From: Microcoleus sp.
GTDB lineage: Bacteria; Cyanobacteriota; Cyanobacteriia; Cyanobacteriales; Microcoleaceae
Length of the DNA stretch: 40,000 bases
NCBI GenBank assembly: GCA_052279835.1
Contig: CP181291.1
Span: 2,801,572-2,841,571 of the forward strand
Direction of reading: 5' to 3'
The notes beneath the pieces are model-generated. The model searched no databases, was not told where the DNA came from, and saw only the letters and a list, made by a program, of their open reading frames with translations. Positions 34,721 through 40,000 of the stretch are shown one piece after another; the stretch's first letter is position 1, and each line of letters opens with the position of its first letter. The position numbers were made by a program, and so were the translations under genes.

Positions 34721-35743
34721 ATGACACAAGATCGGACTAACTCGATCGACAACCCTAGCAATTGGGATGCTGTTATGTCAAAACCTCAGATATCAGCAAT
34801 AATTTGTACCCACAATCGTCACAGCTATCTAGGTGCGGCGATCGACAGTTTACTGGTGCAGGATTTTCCTGACAACTTTGAAATAGTGGTAGTGGATAAC
34901 GCTTCTAGCGATTTTGAAACTCCTGGTAGCTCAAAAACGCGAACCCGCCAAGTGGTAGAAGCAAGACTCCCTAATCCCCTACTCAAGTACATTTGGGAAC
35001 CCGAACTAGGTTTGTCCGTAGCCCGCAACAGGGGCGCAAAGGAAGCTGGCAGTGAAATTTTAGCCTATCTCGATGACGATGCCGTGGCCGAGTCCGATTG
35101 GCTCAGGGTGCTATACAGTGCCTATCAAAGCAATCCAAAATTGGCCGTAGCCGGTGGTAAAGTCAATTTGCTGTGGCCTTCTGGAGTCAGCCCTCCCAAC
35201 TGGCTGTCCGCTGGATTGGCCCAAAATTTGGGAGCATATGATTTAGGAGAAAAGTGCATCTACATAACGGTGGCCGGATTGACTCCCAGGGGTGTAAACT
35301 ACTCAATCCGACGCTCTTTTTTACAACAAATTGGCGGTTTTGATGTCAAACTCGGTAGAATCGGCAACAAATTGTTGTCAAATGAAGAATTGCGGGCCAC
35401 AGAACTAGCATTAGAGCTAGGTTGGCAAGTAATCTATGTACCGGAGGCTTTAGTGCTTCACAATGTAGATCCCTCGCGACTGCACAAAGCTTGGTTTATC
35501 GAGCGCGGGTGGTGGCAAGGCATCAGCGAGTGTTACCGGGAACAATTGTGCGATCGAGCCGGTATCAGTCAGCTTTGGCGCGGGGGCGAAAGAATACTCA
35601 GGGGTGCGTACAAGTCTTTTAAATACATTAAAAACCCAGGACTGCGCTTTGAAAATTTTGTTTTTGTCTGGGGTCAAATTGGTTATTTAAGTGCAGCCGT
35701 CCGTGGCATAATTTTTCCACCGAAATCGACCCAGAGGCATTAG
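34721..35743 (+). CDS. Family 2 glycosyltransferase
   Basis: GT2 motifs are ISAIICTHNRHSYLGAAIDSLLVQDFP, FEIVVVDNASSD, ARNRGA and AYLDDDA. ATG 34775 is an alternative start. Confidence 0.8.
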   Translation: MTQDRTNSIDNPSNWDAVMSKPQISAIICTHNRHSYLGAAIDSLLVQDFPDNFEIVVVDNASSDFETPGSSKTRTRQVVEARLPNPLLKYIWEPELGLSVARNRGAKEAGSEILAYLDDDAVAESDWLRVLYSAYQSNPKLAVAGGKVNLLWPSGVSPPNWLSAGLAQNLGAYDLGEKCIYITVAGLTPRGVNYSIRRSFLQQIGGFDVKLGRIGNKLLSNEELRATELALELGWQVIYVPEALVLHNVDPSRLHKAWFIERGWWQGISECYREQLCDRAGISQLWRGGERILRGAYKSFKYIKNPGLRFENFVFVWGQIGYLSAAVRGIIFPPKSTQRH

Positions 35744-35841
35744 GCTATAGGCAATATCCTTCGTTGTGTAGGGTTCCGCGGCGGTACCGATCGCATTTTA
35801 TCCATCACAACTCGACCGCATTCAGTTTTAACCACTCGATT

Positions 35842-36819
35842 ATGACCTCTAGTCCATCCAAGATTCCGGTTTCGGTTCTCATTCCGGCAAAAGACGAAGA
35901 ACTTAATCTACCTGCGTGTCTGGCAAGCATTGCCAGGGCAGATGAAGTTTTTCTAGTTGATTCCCAAAGTAGCGATTTAACGGTAGAAATCGCCATCAGT
36001 AGTGGCGCAAAAGTAGTGCAATTCTACTTCGATAACCGCTGGCCAAAAAAGAAAAATTGGTCTTTAGACAACCTGCCCTTTCGTAACGAATGGGTATTAA
36101 TTGTCGATTGTGACGAGCGGATTCCCCCAGAACTTTGGGATGAAATTGCCGAAGTCATTCAAGACCCAAATTTTGAGGGTTACTACCTCAATCGCAAAGT
36201 TTTCTTTTTAGGACAATGGCTGCGTTACGGAGGTAGATATCCCGACTGGAACTTGCGTTTGTTCAAGCATCAAAAAGGTCGTTACGAAAATCTGGGGACA
36301 GAATCGGTACCCAATACTGGCGACAACGAAGTTCACGAACACGTAATTTTAGCAGGTCCAGTGGGATACTTAAAAAATGATATGATTCACGAGGATTACC
36401 GCGATTTATTTCATTGGATAGAAAGGCACAATCGCTATTCTAATTGGGAAGCTCGTGTTTATTACAATATTATTGAAGGGCGGGACGACAGCGGCACTAT
36501 TGGCTCCAATTTATTTGGAGATGCAGTGCAGCGTAAGCGATTTCTCAAAAAAGTTTGGGTGCGGCTGCCTTTTAAACCAATGCTAAGATTTATTTTATTT
36601 TACTTTATTCAGTTCGGCTTTTTGGATGGAAAAGCTGGCTATATTTATGCAAGGTTATTGAGTCAGTATGAATATCAAATTAATGCAAAGCTTTATGAAT
36701 TGCGTTGTTGTGGGGGTCAATTGAATGTGGCAGAAACCGAGGCTAAGTTGTCGCACCCAGAGAGTGATTCGGCGGTTAAAACCGCGGCTACACAAACGAA
36801 GTCTGCCTCCGCAGACTAA
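35842..36819 (+). CDS. Family 2 glycosyltransferase whose last ~16 codons lie in a hairpin-repeat cluster
   Basis: GT2 motifs are VSVLIPAKDEELNLPACLASI, VFLVDSQSSDLT and LIVDCDERIP. I chose ATG 35842 over the track's TTG at 35764. The C-terminus SAVKTAATQTKSASAD is encoded by repeat units Y, linker and X (36771-36816). Confidence 0.8.
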   Translation: MTSSPSKIPVSVLIPAKDEELNLPACLASIARADEVFLVDSQSSDLTVEIAISSGAKVVQFYFDNRWPKKKNWSLDNLPFRNEWVLIVDCDERIPPELWDEIAEVIQDPNFEGYYLNRKVFFLGQWLRYGGRYPDWNLRLFKHQKGRYENLGTESVPNTGDNEVHEHVILAGPVGYLKNDMIHEDYRDLFHWIERHNRYSNWEARVYYNIIEGRDDSGTIGSNLFGDAVQRKRFLKKVWVRLPFKPMLRFILFYFIQFGFLDGKAGYIYARLLSQYEYQINAKLYELRCCGGQLNVAETEAKLSHPESDSAVKTAATQTKSASAD

Positions 36820-36938
36820 GAAATAAATGGGACATTTAAACCGAATTTTGTATGAGTCCGCGGAGGCGGACATTGTTTGTATAGCCGCGGTTTCCAACCG
36901 CCGGGTTTCTTCGTTTGTGTAAACGCGGTTTTAACCGC
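36771..36938. repeat. Palindromically arranged cluster of X/Y hairpin repeats
   Basis: Y GCGGTTAAAACCGC, then CACAAACGAAG, then X GTCTGCCTCCGCAGAC. After a spacer come X' GTCCGCGGAGGCGGAC, TTGTTTGTATAG, Y' CGCGGTTTCCAACCGCCG, CGTTTGTGTAAAC and Y GCGGTTTTAACCGC. Confidence 0.7.
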
Positions 36939-36983
36939 CCTAACTAACTCGAATTTGGCAATAATACCAATTTTAAAAAAGAA

Positions 36984-37047
36984 TGCAACAGTAGTCTTGT
37001 CCCTCCCCTTTATAAGGGGGGGTTAGGGGGGGTCAAAGATTGTTGCA
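36984..37047. repeat. Second TIR-bounded C-rich/G-rich hairpin element
   Basis: The ends are TGCAACA (36984-36990) and TGTTGCA (37041-37047). The core GTCCCTCCCCTTTATAAGGGGGGGTTAGGGGGGGTC has the same architecture as 27744-27846. Confidence 0.45.
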
Positions 37048-37119
37048 CGATTTTAGAAAAATGGTATAATACTAAATCCGGGTTACTTACCCCCTTTATG
37101 AAAGAGTGAACTAATTTCT

Positions 37120-37148
37120 CCCCCTCCCCCTCTCTCCCCCTCTCCCCC
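37120..37148 (-). other. Canonical G-quadruplex motif (four G5 runs) on the minus strand, 3' of the CHAT gene
   Basis: The plus strand reads C5-T-C5-TCTCT-C5-TCT-C5. This gives G5 runs with 3-, 5- and 1-nt loops on the coding strand of the CHAT gene, 43 nt after its stop. Confidence 0.5.
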
Positions 37149-37190
37149 TCTTCAACAATAAAGGGGATGGATAACTCGGATTTGGTATGA

Positions 37191-39428
37191 CTACCGCCCA
37201 TCGCCAATTAAAATAAAGGGCGACCAATAAAAAGGATGGCGCTGGATTTGACTCAACTTAGCTTGCCGCAAAGCTTCATTTTTACTCATCCCTTTATTGA
37301 TATTTTGATAAAATTGAACCATCAAATCTTTAGTAGCTGAATCATCAACACTCCACAAACTCGCCATCACAGCTTGCGCGCCTGCACGCTCAAATACATA
37401 GGCAACTCCCGATATTTCTTCACCGTTAGAATTTGCTTGCAAAGCAGTTTGACACGCGCTTAAAGTGAGGAGTCTGGTGTTTTGCAATCCCAATAAGGCG
37501 GCATCGCGAATGTTGAATTGGCTGTCAGCAAATAGCAGCGTGTTTTCCTCCATCCCCAACTTTTGACAGCCTCCCGGTTGGAAACAGCCGTGAGTTGCGA
37601 GGTGCAAAAATGGAAAACGGGGTGCTTGAAGTTTGAATTGGTCGAGGGTGGCGTCATTGCCGGTATAGGCGGAACTTCCCGATAATAATTGAGCGATATT
37701 TCTCACTTCTGCTTCAGAAGCGGGTAGATTTTGGGGCTGACGATTGACGGGATTTCCTAATGCTAACACTCCACCTTTTAAAGTCGAATTGGGAATTGAC
37801 CTTGTGGAAATGCGGGTGAGATAGTTGACGGGATATTTCTGGATGAGGAATTCATCATTTTTTTCGTCATACAGCGTTTCAAAGGGGATGTAGCGCAGTT
37901 TTCCCGTAGCGATGATGCTCAATTGTTTGGCGGAAGTAGCTTTGATTTGGTCTTCCACGGGACGAATCAGGATTTCGTAGAGTTTGCTGCCTGTTACGGT
38001 GAAGTTAGTGTCGCCAGAATTTTGCAGTTGTTCGCGGTATTGAGTGAGGAGTTTGTCGAATTCTGCGGGATTAATTGGGATTTTTTTAACACTTAAACTG
38101 TCTTTTGTCAAGACAAATAGGGCGACGGTATTGGGAACATTTTTGACATTTGTCAGCAAGACGGGTTGAATGACTGCGGTATCTGGTGCGATACTTGCTT
38201 TCAGTTGGGCGATGTCTTTGGGTGTGGTTTCAAAGAGTTCGGCGACTTCAGGGAATTGGCGGGAGATTGCTTCGGCTTTGCGGTTGACTTCTGTTTCTAA
38301 TTCCCGCATTTGTCGGGAGAGATTTTCGGAGAATTTGTCTTCGAGTTGGCGGCGGAGGTATTGGAGTTGTTGATTTTTTTGATTCCACTCGTCAATGGCT
38401 TTTTGTGCTTGGGGGTTGGATACTTTGGCGTTGATGAGGCGGGTGTAGTCGGCGAGATCGGCTGTGGTGGCGATGTTGACCCATTGAAAAGCGCGATCGG
38501 CTTGGTTTTGGTCAATGAGAAGGGAGGTAAGGGCGATCGGAGTTCCGCTTTTAGCTTCTAGAAACTTTTGCCTATTTTCTCGTTGTAAACCACTCCGCAT
38601 TTTTAAGGTAATTTGGACAGATTGCTGCCAATTTGCGATCGCTTGATTCGGTTGCTTTGTATCTCGGTAAACTGCACCAATATTAGTTAATATAGTAGCT
38701 TCTTCAGAACGATATCTTAGTTTTTGGATAATAGGTAAAGCTTGGTTATAGTATTTCAATGCTTCTTGCTGTTGCGAGATACTTTCGTAAGCGAAACCAA
38801 TATTATTCAAAGTAGTAGCTTCCCCAGAGCGATCGCCCACTTCTCGCCTAATTGGTAAAGCTTGATTATAGTATTTCAATGCTTCTTGCGGTTGCGAGAT
38901 ACTTTCGTAGACTCCACCAATATTATTCAAAGTAGTAGCTTCCCCAGAGCGATCGCCCACTTCTCGTCTGATTGGTAAAGCTTGGTTAAAGTATTTCAAT
39001 GCTTCTTGCGGTTGCGAGATACTTTCGTAAACTAAACCAATATTATTCAAAGTAGTTACTTCCCCAGAGCGATTGCTCACTTCCCGCCAAATAGGTAAAG
39101 CTTGGTTATAGTATTTCAATGCTTCTTGCGCTTGGGAGATACTGTTGTAATTAGAAGCAATGCTAGTGAGTGCTAAGGCTTCAATTTCTCTAATTTTCAC
39201 TTGTCGCGTAATAACTAGAATCTGTTGCCATGTTTTTATTGCTTCACCTAATTTTCCTTGCTGTTTCTCTTGCCTTGCTTGCTGTATAAGTCCCTTTATT
39301 TGTTCAATTATTTGTTCGGCTTGTGAATTTTGACTTTGCCCCCAACTAGGTTGAACCATCAGCGTTACAGTCAGAGGAGTCAGACACACACCCAAAACCA
39401 AAACACTGCTGATAAATCGTTTCATCAT
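37191..39428 (-). CDS. Secreted TPR-repeat CHAT-domain (caspase-like) protein
   Basis: The signal-peptide-like N-terminus is MMKRFISSVLVLGVCLTPLTVTLMVQPSWG. Five or more 40-aa TPR-like repeats follow (EALKYYNQALPIRREVGDRSGEATTLNNIG.VYES). The C-terminal CHAT domain has the His/Cys dyad context LHLATHG and LSACQTA. I chose the ATG at 39428. The track ORF includes 29 upstream codons. Confidence 0.85.
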   Translation of the reverse strand: MMKRFISSVLVLGVCLTPLTVTLMVQPSWGQSQNSQAEQIIEQIKGLIQQARQEKQQGKLGEAIKTWQQILVITRQVKIREIEALALTSIASNYNSISQAQEALKYYNQALPIWREVSNRSGEVTTLNNIGLVYESISQPQEALKYFNQALPIRREVGDRSGEATTLNNIGGVYESISQPQEALKYYNQALPIRREVGDRSGEATTLNNIGFAYESISQQQEALKYYNQALPIIQKLRYRSEEATILTNIGAVYRDTKQPNQAIANWQQSVQITLKMRSGLQRENRQKFLEAKSGTPIALTSLLIDQNQADRAFQWVNIATTADLADYTRLINAKVSNPQAQKAIDEWNQKNQQLQYLRRQLEDKFSENLSRQMRELETEVNRKAEAISRQFPEVAELFETTPKDIAQLKASIAPDTAVIQPVLLTNVKNVPNTVALFVLTKDSLSVKKIPINPAEFDKLLTQYREQLQNSGDTNFTVTGSKLYEILIRPVEDQIKATSAKQLSIIATGKLRYIPFETLYDEKNDEFLIQKYPVNYLTRISTRSIPNSTLKGGVLALGNPVNRQPQNLPASEAEVRNIAQLLSGSSAYTGNDATLDQFKLQAPRFPFLHLATHGCFQPGGCQKLGMEENTLLFADSQFNIRDAALLGLQNTRLLTLSACQTALQANSNGEEISGVAYVFERAGAQAVMASLWSVDDSATKDLMVQFYQNINKGMSKNEALRQAKLSQIQRHPFYWSPFILIGDGR
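38617..39180. repeat. Intragenic tandem repeats of 120-bp period (TPR units) with high nucleotide identity
   Basis: Units at 38737-38856, 38857-38976 and 38977-39096 differ by about 9-14 nt per 120 by manual alignment. Flanking units are more diverged. Confidence 0.85.
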
Positions 39429-39465
39429 TTTTATAATTCCCCAAATTCGATTAATAGAATAGGTA

Positions 39466-39618
39466 TCAAATGCAGAATCTTGACTTAATATAAGTATCGA
39501 TTGTTGCCGTCGCAACTTCTTCTTTGTATTGCTCTAACATTTTCATCACATTTGCATTCGGAATTGGTCGATTTGGTTCCGAAAGCACGTTAGTATCTAA
39601 TAAAAATCGCAAACTCAC
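39466..39618 (-). pseudogene. vapC: Truncated VapC-like PIN-domain toxin (N-terminal ~37 codons retained)
   Basis: The GTG start overlaps the upstream ORF's stop (GTGA). The translation is VSLRFLLDTNVLSEPNRPIPNANVMKMLEQYKEEVATA, then unrelated residues and a stop at codon 51. LLDTNV is the first acidic PIN motif. Full-length VapC proteins are about 130-140 aa. Confidence 0.6.
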
Positions 39619-40000
39619 AAAATAACCTCGCGCCCCGGTGATGAATCTCTGAGTCCCTCAAAAACCTCTCCCTCAATTCCTGCTTCTTCTAGATTGTTTT
39701 CTTGACGAAACTTTTGGATTGCTTCCCAAAAATTATGAGGTGGCTCGATCTGGCGTTCTTTCTCAATTTTAGCAATAATTTCAGTTAACTCAGCAGATAC
39801 TTTAGTCAATTCTTTAGCTTTTTCCAGCAAGCGATCGACCAACGGTGATGGCAATAATTCCAGCGGCTCGTCAAAATCATCAGAAGTTGTAAGTAATCCT
39901 CGATCGCTCCCAAATCGGCTAGGTGTAGGCGAAGATTCTTCAACTTCATGCAAAGTTTCTGCTTCAACTGTTTCTTTGATACCTTTAACTTGAATCGATC
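39615..40000 (-). CDS. VapB-like antitoxin candidate; start undefined, frame open to the window edge
   Basis: The C-terminus NFWEAIQKFRQENNLEEAGIEGEVFEGLRDSSPGREVIL resembles cyanobacterial PIN-partner antitoxins that end ..RD.S.GREV.L. The track start at 39953 is TTG. I see no stop upstream in frame to nt 40000. Confidence 0.55.
   Translation of the reverse strand, partial: SIQVKGIKETVEAETLHEVEESSPTPSRFGSDRGLLTTSDDFDEPLELLPSPLVDRLLEKAKELTKVSAELTEIIAKIEKERQIEPPHNFWEAIQKFRQENNLEEAGIEGEVFEGLRDSSPGREVIL

Noticed and set aside
37010-37207. 65-aa ORF encoding EEGERGREGEGEK
   Set aside because: It is a translation of the polypurine/G-quadruplex tract and hairpin elements, overlaps the CHAT stop, and is not credible as a gene.
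38617-39180. Regularly spaced 120-bp direct repeats that could look like a CRISPR-like array
   Set aside because: The repeats are contiguous with no unique spacers. They lie inside a long intact ORF and translate to 40-aa TPR-like units. They are coding tandem repeats, not a CRISPR array.
1-40000. Frequent GCGATCGC (HIP1) octamer palindromes throughout genes and spacers
   Set aside because: HIP1 is a genome-wide cyanobacterial signature, not a locus-specific feature. It is useful only for taxonomic assignment.

Overview
The window looks like cyanobacterial chromosome. Evidence: psbZ, nblA, a rimO-crhR gene pair, many GCGATCGC (HIP1) palindromes, and short hairpin repeat families of the kind seen in filamentous Oscillatoriales (this lineage guess is low confidence). 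Most of the window is conserved housekeeping or signalling genes: a partial ExbD, nblA, anmK, a PP2C phosphatase, two ABC1/UbiB-type kinases, a Hanks Ser/Thr kinase, a large DHH-CBS-nucleotidyltransferase fusion, psbZ, ribH, rimO, crhR, a BciB-like reductase, cobU and two GT2 glycosyltransferases. There are four accessory or unusual parts. (1) A complete collinear mycosporine-like amino acid cluster, mysA-B-C-D (15.2-20.0 kb). It is flanked by two Uma2 genes, and two copies of one MITE bracket mysC-mysD. (2) A ~4.9 kb islet between the crhR terminator and the BciB-like gene. It holds a small basic/acidic ORF pair, two directly abutting degenerate tRNA-like elements, an SPFH protein with a reiterated N-terminal motif, and an apparently intact IS with 17-bp inverted repeats and a 7-bp target duplication. 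(3) A secreted TPR-CHAT protein with near-identical 120-bp internal repeats. Its cassette sits exactly where a vapBC-like toxin gene is truncated. (4) A ~144-nt modular repeat carried in frame inside the nucleotidyltransferase gene, plus other repeat families, one of which supplies the C-terminus of a glycosyltransferase. I found no CRISPR array, no rRNA and no canonical tRNA. I cannot name one clear new system. The best candidates are the 24.9-27.8 kb islet and the TPR-CHAT/vapBC junction. All homology calls come from reading the translations by eye, not from database searches.
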